NCBI GenBank assembly: GCA_029259155.1
Contig: JAPDJI010000020.1
Span: 1-64,000, forward strand
Direction of reading: 5' to 3'
Length of the DNA: 64,000 bases
Source: Candidatus Methanomethylicia archaeon
GTDB taxonomy: Archaea; Thermoproteota; Methanomethylicia; Nezhaarchaeales; B40-G2
In this document: positions 1 through 9,846 of the stretch, piece after piece
How the letters are laid out: each line of letters starts with the position of its first letter
Position numbering within the stretch: the stretch's first letter is position 1
Made by a program: the position numbers and the translations under genes
Notes under the pieces: model-generated
The model's database searches: none
The model's input: the letters and a program-made list of their open reading frames with translations, nothing else
Told to the model about the DNA's origin: nothing

Positions 1-930
1 AATCCTCCATCCTTTACGTAACCCTCCTAAGAGGACCTTAGACTTAGTATTACGGAAGAGCTCCGTCACATCAGCGAAGGCGTAGTTTAGATCAGACGGC
101 GTAACCCCTCTACGCTTAAGCTCCTCCGCTATTTTCAATAGGTTTAACTGTCTGACCACCTCGAACTCAATGATTTTAGGTAAAAGATCAAGGTCCTGGA
201 CACCCTTGATCTCTATGCGAGCTCCATCTTTAATGGATACGTTGAGGTCCTGCCTTATAGTGCCTAAGCCCCTCTTCACCTTCCCCGTAGCTCTAAGTAA
301 CCTTCCTATCTTAAGGGCAACCCTCCTAGCTTGTTCAGGGCTCTTTATCTCAGGTGCTGTAGCCACCTCCACCAATGGTATACCAAGCCTATCCAACCTA
401 TACTGCACAGTATCTTCAAGCTCACCCATTTTACGAGCTGCATCCTCCTCTACGCATATGGTTTCTATCCTTACAGGGCCCTCTTCGTCTTCGACTACAG
501 CCTCAGGTCCGCCTATAGCTACAAGGAGAGTTCTTTGAAAGCCTGTGGTGTTGGAACCATCTATCACCACCTTCCTCATAACGCAGACCTGATCCACGGG
601 CTTAGCCTTCAGCAGCAACGCTACTTCTAAGGCAATGTCTAAGGCTTCCTGGTTCACGTCGTGAGGGGGCTCCTCATCCATCTCGACGAGGCATACTGAG
701 TCGTCGTAAGATTCGTAGAGGTACCTGCGACCACGTTTAAACTCAAAGAGAGCAGCTTCATCAACCTGTCCAAGCTCACTCTGCGTCGGTCTAAGCCTCC
801 TAAGAAACTTGACGTCGGGTTCATCGTCGCGGAGCTTCGTTGGACAGCCACAGAAAAGCTTGTGTTTAGTGTCAAGCTGTTGATGCAGCTCCAAGCCTAC
901 CTTCAAGCCTAGGGAGGAGTAGTCTAACAT
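1..930 (-). CDS. gatE: Glu-tRNA(Gln) amidotransferase subunit GatE, partial (runs off window start)
   Basis: Hand translation from ATG at 930: [30 protein letters not shown]...[18 protein letters not shown]...[12 protein letters not shown]; directly downstream of gatD; absent from ORF track because it has no stop in the window. Confidence 0.96.
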   Translation of the reverse strand, partial: MLDYSSLGLKVGLELHQQLDTKHKLFCGCPTKLRDDEPDVKFLRRLRPTQSELGQVDEAALFEFKRGRRYLYESYDDSVCLVEMDEEPPHDVNQEALDIALEVALLLKAKPVDQVCVMRKVVIDGSNTTGFQRTLLVAIGGPEAVVEDEEGPVRIETICVEEDAARKMGELEDTVQYRLDRLGIPLVEVATAPEIKSPEQARRVALKIGRLLRATGKVKRGLGTIRQDLNVSIKDGARIEIKGVQDLDLLPKIIEFEVVRQLNLLKIAEELKRRGVTPSDLNYAFADVTELFRNTKSKVLLGGLRKGWRI

Positions 931-934
931 GACG

Positions 935-2263
935 TCACCTCAAGTAATCGCTATGTTGAGTACGCTCCGTTAGCTCCCCTACCAAGTTAGTTAACATGAT
1001 CCTCTTCACTTCTTCTAGATCGCGATACTGGCCTAAAGTCCACATGAGCTTAACCAAAGCAGTCTCAGGAAGCATATCTCCTCCAGGCAACACACCCATG
1101 CGTAAAAGCTCTACACCTGTACGATATACGTTCATGTTGATCCTACCCCAGATACACTGCGATGTCATAACCACGACGACGCCGCTATCAATAGCCCTCT
1201 TAATCGAGTTAAAGGAGAGGTGAGGTGCATGACCAAGCCCCGTGCCCTCCAGTACGATACCCTTAATGCCCTTCTCCGCTAGGTAGTCGATAATAGAGCC
1301 GTCAAAGCCTGGGTGAACCTTAACCAAGGACACCTTATCCTCAAACTTTGCCTTCAAGGAAACTCTACGCTCCCGGTCACGTAGGCGGTGAGGTCGAGAA
1401 AGCAGTACGACCTCTCCTTTCTCCACCTTCGCTAACGGTGGGCTATTGATCGAGCGGAAAGTGTCTCTCCTACTTGTATGGCATTTCCTGACCTTCACTC
1501 CCCTATGTACTAGCGTATAAGTATCTCCTACCTCACCGTGCATGGTTACTACTACCTCAGCGAAGGGTGCCTTAGCTGCCACTGTGACCGCGTCCATGAG
1601 GTTCATGGCAGCATCCGATGAAGGTCTATCCGAAGATCTTTGAGCGCCCACAAGCACCACTGGGACCGGTAGATCTTGAAGAGCAAAGCTTAGAGCCGCC
1701 GCCGTATACCCCATGGTGTCAGTGCCGTGAGTAACCACTACACCTTCAACACCATCCTCTAACCGCTTAGCCACCGCCTCCGCAATCTCTGACCAAAGCT
1801 TAGGATGCATATCCTCGCTGAAGATGCTGAAAAGCACATGAGCATCTATGTTAGCTAAGTCCCCCAGCTCCGGCACTACGTTATAGAGATCTCTAGCGGT
1901 TAAAGCTGGGTAAACTGCACCGGTAACATAGTCAACCCTAGAAGCGATCGTGCCACCGGTACTTATAATGGAGACCTTGGGTAGCCCCTCCTTAACCTTC
2001 ACAGGTACCTCTGGAAGCTCAGGCTTAAATGAAGGATTCCTAGCGATCAGCTCTATCTTAACTCCAGGCTCTAATCTAATGCCTACGTTATACCCGTTAT
2101 CCAGCTTAACAACCACATGGTTATCGTCAGCTGGATCCGCCGGCGGCATCAATAATCCTTCAAAAATCAAGGACCCCTTAGTCAAACGCACCCGATCATG
2201 TATGGAGGCGCCTACTTTTTCCAGCTCACTAGAAGCCTTCCCCCAATAGCCTATCTCCTCCAA
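935..2263 (-). CDS. gatD: Glu-tRNA(Gln) amidotransferase subunit GatD
   Basis: [11 protein letters not shown]-terminal motif, asparaginase motifs TGGTIAS and [16 protein letters not shown]. Confidence 0.96.
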   Translation of the reverse strand: MEEIGYWGKASSELEKVGASIHDRVRLTKGSLIFEGLLMPPADPADDNHVVVKLDNGYNVGIRLEPGVKIELIARNPSFKPELPEVPVKVKEGLPKVSIISTGGTIASRVDYVTGAVYPALTARDLYNVVPELGDLANIDAHVLFSIFSEDMHPKLWSEIAEAVAKRLEDGVEGVVVTHGTDTMGYTAAALSFALQDLPVPVVLVGAQRSSDRPSSDAAMNLMDAVTVAAKAPFAEVVVTMHGEVGDTYTLVHRGVKVRKCHTSRRDTFRSINSPPLAKVEKGEVVLLSRPHRLRDRERRVSLKAKFEDKVSLVKVHPGFDGSIIDYLAEKGIKGIVLEGTGLGHAPHLSFNSIKRAIDSGVVVVMTSQCIWGRINMNVYRTGVELLRMGVLPGGDMLPETALVKLMWTLGQYRDLEEVKRIMLTNLVGELTERTQHSDYLR

Positions 2264-2297
2264 CCGAGGAGCCGCCCCTAACCGAAGAGAAAGAAGC

Positions 2298-2459
2298 CTA
2301 AGCTGAAGCCTGACTAGCTAAAGCCGGATACACTATGCGCCTAAAGTAGCGCTTCCTGAACCCAACTCTAGGGCTAGGCCTAGTACGTGGCCTAGGAGGT
2401 ATCTTCGGGGTTTGGCTCCTCACCTTACCCGCCTTGGTTAAACTACCGTGACTAGGCAT
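2298..2459 (-). CDS. rps30e: 30S ribosomal protein S30e (53 aa)
   Basis: Hand translation MPSHGSLTKAGKVRSQTPKIPPRPR...; below ORF-track cutoff. Confidence 0.93.
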   Translation of the reverse strand: MPSHGSLTKAGKVRSQTPKIPPRPRTRPSPRVGFRKRYFRRIVYPALASQASA

Positions 2460-2510
2460 GGATCTCTCCCAGGTAACCCTTAACTAGGCGTCGATATAAA
2501 TTCTTCTCAG

Positions 2511-3326
2511 CTACTCAATGGATACCTTCCTACCTGAAGCCTCCCTCCTAAATTTACCTAGCTCAGTCATTTTCAGTAGCTCCTCTAAGGTGAAAACAGG
2601 GCCGTCCACACATACCCTCATACCATTTATAGCGCAGGACCCGCAGAGCCCAACCCCACATTTAATGTATCTCTCTAGGCTGGCTTCAAGGCTAGTTTTA
2701 AACCTCGAAGCTATCTTGACCACTTCAAACAACATAGGTTCAGGCCCACAGGCATAGATCATGTCGAAGCTTTTCCCTGAGAGGAGGGAGTCGAGGACTT
2801 CATGTGCCCTACCTTTAATACCCTCTGAGCCGTCGTCTGTGGCCACAATGAGCTCGTCGACCACCTTAGAGAAGCGTTCCTTGAAGATTAAGGCTTCAGC
2901 AGTGGTAGCAGCCACTATGGCTGTGACCAGCCCTCCTTTAGCCTTGATCTCCTCGGCTAGAGGAGCAAGAGGAGCAACACCTACGCCTCCACCTATCGTC
3001 AAGGCTTTGAGCTTGGCTACGGTGAAGCCTCGCCCATAAGGTCCTCGGACACCTAGAAGAGAGCCTTTGCTTAATGCGTGGAGAGCCCTTGTTGTGTCGC
3101 CCACAGCCTTAACGGTTACTCCTATCAGCCTAGGAGGCTTAATGAGAGATAAGCTCATGGGTACCTCTTCTTGTCCCGGTAGCCACAACATTATGAATTG
3201 CCCAGGTTTTGCTTTAACAGCCATCACGGGACATTCTAGGATGAGGGTCTTAACCCCAGGAGCTTCGCATACGACCTCTACTACCTTGGCTACGGTTCGG
3301 CTATGCACGATGATCACCGTGAGCAA
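2511..3326 (-). CDS. pyrK: Dihydroorotate dehydrogenase electron transfer subunit
   Basis: KPGQFIM, RGPYG, GGGVG, CGP and CGVGLCGSC...C 2Fe-2S motif; adjacent to pyrD; true start probably a few codons downstream. Confidence 0.92.
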   Translation of the reverse strand: MLTVIIVHSRTVAKVVEVVCEAPGVKTLILECPVMAVKAKPGQFIMLWLPGQEEVPMSLSLIKPPRLIGVTVKAVGDTTRALHALSKGSLLGVRGPYGRGFTVAKLKALTIGGGVGVAPLAPLAEEIKAKGGLVTAIVAATTAEALIFKERFSKVVDELIVATDDGSEGIKGRAHEVLDSLLSGKSFDMIYACGPEPMLFEVVKIASRFKTSLEASLERYIKCGVGLCGSCAINGMRVCVDGPVFTLEELLKMTELGKFRREASGRKVSIE

Positions 3327-4215
3327 GGCCTACTAAGTCTCTAAGGGAAGTTAAACCCTGAAGCTCCAAGTAACGTCTAAGATCCTCAATTATGGAGGAC
3401 ACCACCTCAAGACCCTTCAAAGCTAAACAGGAGCCCAACTGTACTGCATGGGCTCCTGCCAACAAGAACTCTATCACATCCCTATGATCTAGGATACCCC
3501 CTACCCCTATTACAGGTATGCTTAAAGCTTCATAGAGTTGATAGACACATCTAACCGCAATAGGCTTGATAGCTGGGCCCGAAAGGCCACCATAAATGCT
3601 TGTCAGAGCAGGGCGCTTCAAGTCCACGTCTATGGACATGGCTCTAACCGTGTTAATAGCTGTCACACCATCTGCTCCAGCCCTCTCCACAGCCTTACCC
3701 ACCTCCACTAGATTGTTGGTCTCAGCCGATAACTTAGCGAAAACAGGGATGGACACCGAGTGTTTAACTCTGGCCATCGTTTCATAGGCTAGTCTAGGAT
3801 CCTGAGAGTATGTAAGTAATCCTCCAGCATGAGGACACGATAAGTTAAGCTCTATAGCGTCAGCCCCCGCCTCCTCCATCTTAAAGGCCACTCTAGCGAA
3901 CTCTTCTATGGAGCTGCCGAAGACGCTGACGATGACTGGCACCTTAGCCTCTTTAGCCACCTTAAGCTCCTCAACGAAGGCCTCCGCGCCGGGGTTAGCT
4001 AAGCCTATAGCATTAAGGTATCCAAAAGGAAGTTCAACAAGTACAGGGTTTGGATAGCCTTCCTTAGGCTCTAAGCTAATGGACTTCGTCACCACAGCGC
4101 CCATCCCGGCTTCAGCGAGCCTCTTTAACAATAGCCCGGTATTACCCATGATGCCGGATGCGTTCATGAAAGGATTGCTCAGCTTGAGCCCAGCCAACTC
4201 TAAGGAAAAGTCCAA
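3301..4215 (-). CDS. pyrD: Dihydroorotate dehydrogenase (class 1B) catalytic subunit
   Basis: NASG, TKS, NAIGLANPG, ELNLSCPH, GGLSG motifs. Confidence 0.95.
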   Translation of the reverse strand: MDFSLELAGLKLSNPFMNASGIMGNTGLLLKRLAEAGMGAVVTKSISLEPKEGYPNPVLVELPFGYLNAIGLANPGAEAFVEELKVAKEAKVPVIVSVFGSSIEEFARVAFKMEEAGADAIELNLSCPHAGGLLTYSQDPRLAYETMARVKHSVSIPVFAKLSAETNNLVEVGKAVERAGADGVTAINTVRAMSIDVDLKRPALTSIYGGLSGPAIKPIAVRCVYQLYEALSIPVIGVGGILDHRDVIEFLLAGAHAVQLGSCLALKGLEVVSSIIEDLRRYLELQGLTSLRDLVGLAHGDHRA

Positions 4216-4281
4216 GACTAGCCCCCAAGAAAATCGGTGCAGGGTTTAATTAACAGTTAAGCGATTATTGTAAACCGTTAA

Positions 4282-4752
4282 GGAAGAGGAGAGATCAAGC
4301 CTGGGTATGCTACCTACAGCGCTGCTGTTGAGCCTATCGTGAGCTGCCTAATCAGCCATGGAGTAGGTATAGTTCAACATCCTTGCCCTGAAACCTGCTG
4401 TGAAAGTTGGAGCCACCCAGCTCTCCCAGGCGTGGAGGGCAAGAAGAGGTATACTATACCTGCCATGAAAAGGTGTTATTGACGTTTAGCTAGGCTTGTC
4501 TGCGACTTGGTTCAGGAGCTTAGTAAAGGCGCTGAGCTGGTATGTATCGTAGGAGGGTCTAGGAGCCCTACCTGTGGGGTAGCTGAGGACGGTAAACCCT
4601 TCGGTGTCTTTTTAGAAGAACTCGTAGAGGAAATGCGTCTAAGAAACATGAAGGTGCCGCCTATAATAAGGACAAGCCGAGACCCTGAAACCAGGGAGGT
4701 TCTCATCGACAAAGTATTGGAGAGCTTGAAACCGGTCGTGGAGAAGGCTTGA
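4282..4752 (+). pseudogene. Decayed DUF523/TudS-like Cys-rich protein
   Basis: One frame reads ...GVGIVQHPCPE...KRCY*RLARLVCDLVQ...GSRSPTCGV...GVFLEEL; in-frame TGA at 4480-4482 and no N-terminal start. Confidence 0.65.
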
Positions 4753-4817
4753 TGAAGGGGTCAGTTCGTCGCGAGTACATCATTGAGGTTTTCTCTGCAG
4801 CCTGGGACGGCTTGACT

Positions 4818-5186
4818 TCATCCCCCGAGGCTTCCTCGCGAGCGCGCCTTAAGTGCCTTTCGGAGCTTCTTAAGGGTGCCGCTTACAAGCTCTACATGGA
4901 TCATGCAAGGCTCTTCTCCAAGCCGGTGTAGGGAAGCTACAGCCGCCCTCGTTAAAGTTATGTATCGATGTGAACATCGTAGAATAAGCCTTCCTTCCTG
5001 GCTTCGCGCTTCTACAAGCGAAACGTTGACGAGGGAAAGACCCTGTTTCCCGAAGAGCTTCCTAACGCCTTCCTCAACCTTCCTCCAAACCTCTTCAAGG
5101 TTTACTTCGCCCTGCCTAGAGACGTGAACACACAGCGATAAGTAACGTCGTCTATCTCTACGAAGCACGTTAATCCTCCTCGGCAA
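4818..5186 (-). CDS. rnp2: RNase P protein component 2 (Pop5/Rpp14)
   Basis: RRRY N-terminal motif, C-terminal VSGTLKKLR; adjacent to Rpp30. Confidence 0.88.
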   Translation of the reverse strand: MPRRINVLRRDRRRYLSLCVHVSRQGEVNLEEVWRKVEEGVRKLFGKQGLSLVNVSLVEARSQEGRLILRCSHRYITLTRAAVASLHRLGEEPCMIHVELVSGTLKKLRKALKARSRGSLGG

Positions 5187-5868
5187 TACTTACTCCAGGC
5201 AAAATGAAGCCAGAGCGTAGTTTGGAACGGTTTAAAGTTAAGCGTGTTAGAGGGATGGTTGATAAACCGTTGAGCGCCTTCTCCTCGTCTAAAGTGATCA
5301 AGGAGGCTAAGGCTGCCAGATCACGAGGAGCCCTCAACTCCAAGGGAGCCTTAGCACCAGACGCAAATACCACTTTTACTCTGTGTTTCCTAGCCACGTC
5401 GTAAGCTCTCCTATAGAGCCTTAGGAGCCGCGAAGAACATTCTTGCTCTATCAGAGGAACTAGGTCTACTTCGAGTAGAACCTTAGAGTTTTCCATGAGG
5501 CTTGCTACTCCTTCATCAAACACCTTAAGCTTAAGGTCGGAGGGTAAAACTAGGAAGTCTACCTTATTGTCTCTAGCTGCTGTCCTAGCTACCTCGATAT
5601 TCAAGGGATAGACACCTATTAACTCGAAGTTTCTACGCATGGATAGGAGCTTCCCCTTGAGCTCCCCTATGGAAGACGTAACGATGTCTAGGCGAGAAGT
5701 TACATCAAGCCCCATCTTTCTCCCTTTTTCCTTAAACTCCTTCAGCTCCTGAAGATCTCCAGTTCGAGAAACCGTAAAGGCTATGACCCTCCACTTAAGG
5801 TGGGCTGCTAGCTTAAGTACATCTTCATCTAGATAGAGGATCCGTGAGTCCATGAAGCGCCTAACCAT
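5170..5868 (-). CDS. rnp3: RNase P protein component 3 (Rpp30)
   Basis: SGAKAPLELRAPRDL motif; conserved rpl15e-rnp3-rnp2 context. Confidence 0.88.
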   Translation of the reverse strand: MVRRFMDSRILYLDEDVLKLAAHLKWRVIAFTVSRTGDLQELKEFKEKGRKMGLDVTSRLDIVTSSIGELKGKLLSMRRNFELIGVYPLNIEVARTAARDNKVDFLVLPSDLKLKVFDEGVASLMENSKVLLEVDLVPLIEQECSSRLLRLYRRAYDVARKHRVKVVFASGAKAPLELRAPRDLAALASLITLDEEKALNGLSTIPLTRLTLNRSKLRSGFILPGVSIAEED

Positions 5869-6296
5869 TAGGCAAGCCCCACTTCACTTAGATAGCTCCT
5901 CAAGCTACGTCCTCTAGGCAAGGTTAAAGTTAGCTTGACCTTGATCGCTTCCCCCCTATCTACAAGTTTAAATTTCCCTGCATAGGCAGCACCTTTATCT
6001 AGCCTTAAGTATAAGCTCCTCGACTCTTCCATCCTAAGGTCTAAAGTAGCCCTTAGTATAGCCTTGTCTACCTCACTCATGGAGGAGGCTATGTATTTAA
6101 TGAAACACTCAGCATCCTCCCCTTTAAGCTCGGTCCTTAAGATAACTATCTGGTTATCGTAGTGACCCTTAACGACCTCGTATGAAACCTCCACTTTACC
6201 TCTAAGCTCTGGTGGGAGCAAGTTGAGCATCGCTTTGGAGACTTTATTGAGGTCTTCGGTGGCGTGGGAAAAAGCTTCAATGTAAGCTGAAGACAT
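5868..6296 (-). CDS. DUF54 family predicted RNA-binding protein
   Basis: HATED..KV, GHYDN.I and LYLRLDK motifs; usual neighbour of rnp3. Confidence 0.82.
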   Translation of the reverse strand: MSSAYIEAFSHATEDLNKVSKAMLNLLPPELRGKVEVSYEVVKGHYDNQIVILRTELKGEDAECFIKYIASSMSEVDKAILRATLDLRMEESRSLYLRLDKGAAYAGKFKLVDRGEAIKVKLTLTLPRGRSLRSYLSEVGLA

Positions 6297-6311
6297 ACTA
6301 AACCTACCGTT

Positions 6312-7106
6312 TCAAGTATAAGCTTCAGCATCCTCCCAACGCTTACTAAAAGCCTCCTTGAACACCTTGATCAAACCTTCATTCTCGGTGTAGTGAGGAC
6401 GGTAATATCTAGTTTTATGCTCCGTCGCCCATATGAGAAACACAAGCTTGCTATCGTCAACTATGGTGCCACGTAGGGGGTACCAAGGCTCTCTTTGAAC
6501 CCTTACCTCAGCACCTAGGTCTTTAAGCCTTTCAGCCGCTTTCCTAGACTCTTCATCAACCACCCTCATTAACACCTTGACCTTAACTCCTCTCGATTTT
6601 GCGCTTGAAAGCTCCTCGTAGACCTTGTCAAGCCACCCGAAACCAGCAGTAAAAATGTTCACTTCTCGCTGAGCCTCACTTAACATCTTGACCGTCTGAA
6701 GCTCCATGGAGCTTAAAGCTTCGAGCGGCTTCAAAAGCTCCTCTGGCTTAACTCCTAGATGTCTCTCGGCGTAGAAGCCTTCAAGTAAGCTGATTAGCTT
6801 AGATGCATCTCCCCTGAAATGTTCAAGCTTAGCGTTTAATTCCTCTATCTTGGCTTTCAGCAAAGCATTTACCGCTTCCTTTGGCTTAAGTGCTTCGTAG
6901 CTATTGTTGACGAAAGGTTTAAGGAGGCCTTTAGCCGTCATCGCTTTGAGCAGGGTCTCAGCTTCCCTTACGCTGCATCCTAGAAGCTTCACGGCGCCCT
7001 CAAGGTTAATGGAGCCATCCTCCAAGACCTTTAAGTAGAGTTTAGCTTCAGCTTTGGATACACCCATCCTTTCAAGCAAAGATAAAAGCTCATCTATGGA
7101 GGTCAA
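6312..7106 (-). CDS. TrmB-family transcriptional regulator
   Basis: N-terminal wHTH (GVSKAEAKLY...L.AKGL) and C-terminal RGVKVKVL...IVDD effector domain. Confidence 0.8.
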   Translation of the reverse strand: MTSIDELLSLLERMGVSKAEAKLYLKVLEDGSINLEGAVKLLGCSVREAETLLKAMTAKGLLKPFVNNSYEALKPKEAVNALLKAKIEELNAKLEHFRGDASKLISLLEGFYAERHLGVKPEELLKPLEALSSMELQTVKMLSEAQREVNIFTAGFGWLDKVYEELSSAKSRGVKVKVLMRVVDEESRKAAERLKDLGAEVRVQREPWYPLRGTIVDDSKLVFLIWATEHKTRYYRPHYTENEGLIKVFKEAFSKRWEDAEAYT

Positions 7107-7155
7107 GAAAACAACCCGAAGAGGATAAAGGCATAGCAGCTAATTAAAGTCTCCT

Positions 7156-7617
7156 CTAAGATCCTTTAAGGGGTAGCTTGGCCTGAAGCTCCTCATCGTT
7201 TTTAATTGAAGGGTGTGAGGGGTCGACCAGTATTACCTCAAACCATTTATGTCTACCGTCCTCACCCACCCAGTAGCTGCCAAGAACTTTCAAGTTCGGG
7301 TATTTACGGGCTGCTCTCTCCTCAGCTATTTCCCTTAAGCTTCTCCATGGAGAATAACCATAAACACCCATCCTTTTAGGTCTGCGACCGCTCCTAGGCC
7401 TCGGTTTCCTCAATCCTCCCTTCCTCACCTTAACCCTAACCACGACGAAGCCTACCTTCGCTTTATAACCCAGCGACCGAGCCCTATCAATCCTTGTAGG
7501 TTTTTCTACCCTAACTACCGTGGGCTGTCTTCTCCATTCTATTAAACGTCTCTTTAGGAGCTCAGCTAGGAAACCTTCACCAGGTTTCCTCCATGCCTTA
7601 GCCATGTATTTATACAA
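7156..7617 (-). CDS. rpl15e: 50S ribosomal protein L15e (short C-terminus)
   Basis: [41 protein letters not shown]. Confidence 0.95.
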   Translation of the reverse strand: MYKYMAKAWRKPGEGFLAELLKRRLIEWRRQPTVVRVEKPTRIDRARSLGYKAKVGFVVVRVKVRKGGLRKPRPRSGRRPKRMGVYGYSPWRSLREIAEERAARKYPNLKVLGSYWVGEDGRHKWFEVILVDPSHPSIKNDEELQAKLPLKGS

Positions 7618-7623
7618 AGCTCT

Positions 7624-7986
7624 TCACCCACCCTTCTTTTCTCCCCTTAAAGCCTTCAAAGCCTCTGCTCTCTCTTCAGGAGGGAGGTTCCTAATATAGA
7701 GGTGTCGGGGCTCCACCTTGATTAGCTCCTCTTTACTATCATAGACGTGAGCGTGACCCCTCGTCTTCCAGGCTCTAGCCCTCGTAGTTAACGATTTAAC
7801 AATCACGTGCTCCACGGGAACCCCGAGGAGCTCTGCTATGGTTTTCTTGATTATCCAGCGGTCAGGGGTCCCCGCCCCCTCATGAAACACAGTGAATAAT
7901 ACTTCACGCCTGTTAAGCAGAGGGTTCTCCCTAATTTCCTCCACCTTTAAGGAAGGTTTAGCTACAGTTTCGGTTTCTTCTGTCAT
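7624..7986 (-). CDS. rps24e: 30S ribosomal protein S24e
   Basis: ENPLLNRRE, H.GAGTP.R; ATG at 7986 preferred to the ORF-track start. Confidence 0.92.
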   Translation of the reverse strand: MTEETETVAKPSLKVEEIRENPLLNRREVLFTVFHEGAGTPDRWIIKKTIAELLGVPVEHVIVKSLTTRARAWKTRGHAHVYDSKEELIKVEPRHLYIRNLPPEERAEALKALRGEKKGG

Positions 7987-7999
7987 GGGGACCCCCTGT

Positions 8000-8539
8000 T
8001 CATGAATGCACCTCAACAGGCACGAAGTTGTTTATTAATTTTTCGAAGAAACGCTTAGCGTCTTCATCCGCCACCACGAGCACCACGCCTTCGTCGGGCT
8101 GTCCATACATTATAAAGGAGCCTCTCGGCGCGTAGAGCACCGCCGGTATGGTCAATAAGTCCTCTTCCCCTTCAACAACGATTAGTACTCCCCCACCCTC
8201 AGTAACACATCGTTTGACCGTTTCAAGGGCTTCAAAAGTAATGAAACCTGGAGGATTACTTACCTTAACCACTCTACGAAAGATGCTTGGTGGAGGCTTT
8301 TCACGTTGAACTCTCTTGGTTTTAAGGTCCGCTATTGCCACATCAAGCCTCAAGTTAAACTTCAAGGAGTCCCCGACAACTATGTCCCCTACGGCCACGA
8401 TACGTTGCGGCCTAAGCCTCTCCGCTTCCCTCAAGATAATTGAGTAAATCTCTTCCAACTCGCCCTTTAGAAGTCTTCCAAGAGGCTTCTGAAGAGAAGG
8501 TCTAAGTTCTTCAGGTAGCCTAAGAGCCTTCATCGACAC
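8000..8539 (-). CDS. GTP-dependent dephospho-CoA kinase (DUF359 family)
   Basis: VGDIV, D.KTKR, NPPG.IT, GEEDLL, YGQPDEG motifs; spt4-rps24e context. Confidence 0.88.
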   Translation of the reverse strand: MSMKALRLPEELRPSLQKPLGRLLKGELEEIYSIILREAERLRPQRIVAVGDIVVGDSLKFNLRLDVAIADLKTKRVQREKPPPSIFRRVVKVSNPPGFITFEALETVKRCVTEGGGVLIVVEGEEDLLTIPAVLYAPRGSFIMYGQPDEGVVLVVADEDAKRFFEKLINNFVPVEVHS

Positions 8540-8545
8540 CTTCGC

Positions 8546-8755
8546 CTAACGCACCTTTAAGGCATAGCGCCCAGGCTTAGTTATGTTTAGAAGCTGAGCA
8601 ACCTTAGACTTCTCCGGATCTATGACTGAAACACAGCCGCTCCAGTCTGTTGAGAAGATAGTGCCCTTACAGACTGGGCAGACGTTTACATCCATGGAGA
8701 CCAGCGCCTTACACTTAACGCATGCCTTAAGCCTACCGGTACCTCTACTGCTCAT
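8546..8755 (-). CDS. spt4: Transcription elongation factor Spt4 (RpoE'')
   Basis: ACVKC...CPVC...WSG...DPEKSKVA...PGRYALKVR; ATG at 8755. Confidence 0.93.
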   Translation of the reverse strand: MSSRGTGRLKACVKCKALVSMDVNVCPVCKGTIFSTDWSGCVSVIDPEKSKVAQLLNITKPGRYALKVR

Positions 8756-8756
8756 C

Positions 8757-9353
8757 TCAGACCCCTGCTGGCTTCTTTGGCTTGGCTCCCTTAACAGGCG
8801 TTCTAGCCTTCTCAACGTCCTCTTCTATCCACTCTAATTTACCTAGGAAAGGCTGCCTCATGGTTAGGCCTACCTTACACTCCCTGAAACTTCCGCTCGA
8901 GAGGCTTACAGTGACTATCCTAGCCCTCACTATGTCCCCTTTCTGAAGCACTCTCCTACTGTTCTTACATATTAAAGCCCCTCTCTTACCGTCGTACGAG
9001 ATATAGTCATCAGCCACCTGTGAGACGTGAACTAGCCCCTCGAGAGGTCCTAGCCTCAGGAAAGTCCCGAAGGAGGTTACCTCAGTCACCTCGGCTTCAA
9101 CCACCTCATGCTCAAGGGGCTTATAGGTTAAAAGCTTAAATACCGCTTTATGGTAGGTGGCTCCATCACCATGCACCAACTTACCTATGGGCGACACCTT
9201 AACGTCGACGACCGCTAAAATACCTCCCAAGGTCTTATTCATGGTACCCTCGTACGCCTCTTTCAAGACCTCCATAGCTGCCCTCTCGAGGGAACCCCTA
9301 AACTTATCCGGAGGAATCCTGACGATGTCGCTAACCTCAACCAGATAGTACAT
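8757..9353 (-). CDS. rpo7: RNA polymerase subunit Rpo7 (RpoE')
   Basis: VRIPP, GDGATY, S1 domain, GLTMRQPFLGKLEWI. Confidence 0.96.
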   Translation of the reverse strand: MYYLVEVSDIVRIPPDKFRGSLERAAMEVLKEAYEGTMNKTLGGILAVVDVKVSPIGKLVHGDGATYHKAVFKLLTYKPLEHEVVEAEVTEVTSFGTFLRLGPLEGLVHVSQVADDYISYDGKRGALICKNSRRVLQKGDIVRARIVTVSLSSGSFRECKVGLTMRQPFLGKLEWIEEDVEKARTPVKGAKPKKPAGV

Positions 9354-9405
9354 GAAGAATCTCCTTAGCCTCAGGAAGGCTACGCGAAATTTAAACCTTT
9401 TACCT

Positions 9406-9846
9406 TCACTTAGACGTTAAAGCTTCAACTTCACCTTCAAGGGTTAATCGTTTGCCTCCTCTCAGATACACCGTGGGGACACCTAGCTCCTTGAGCCTCC
9501 TTCTCAATTCTCTGTCGTTGGTAGCCACTACCCATCCATGCTTACTCGAAGCCTCAGCAATGGCGTCGTCGACTTTAGCTTGAAGAGGCACACCAACCAC
9601 CTCCACGTTCCACTCCTTCATCAACATTAACGCAAGCTTAGCTCTGCGTCTCTCAGATGGTCTACCTAATGAAGCCAGCCTCTCTAACTCCTCCACCACG
9701 TGGTTTATGGTTAAGAGCTTGTAGCTGCGCCCTAAGACCCTGTCGAGCTCGCTCAGTACGTTAATCCTTTTCACGGAAGGAAGCATGAGAAAGTTGGAGT
9801 CTAAGAGGACGTAGAGCTGGGAAGACACAAAAAACGCCCTATTCAA
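9406..9846 (-). CDS. PIN-domain (Fcf1/Utp24-like) nuclease
   Basis: LLDSNFL, V.EEL, VDD, VATNDRELR; conserved position between eif2g and rpo7. Confidence 0.88.
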   Translation of the reverse strand: MNRAFFVSSQLYVLLDSNFLMLPSVKRINVLSELDRVLGRSYKLLTINHVVEELERLASLGRPSERRRAKLALMLMKEWNVEVVGVPLQAKVDDAIAEASSKHGWVVATNDRELRRRLKELGVPTVYLRGGKRLTLEGEVEALTSK

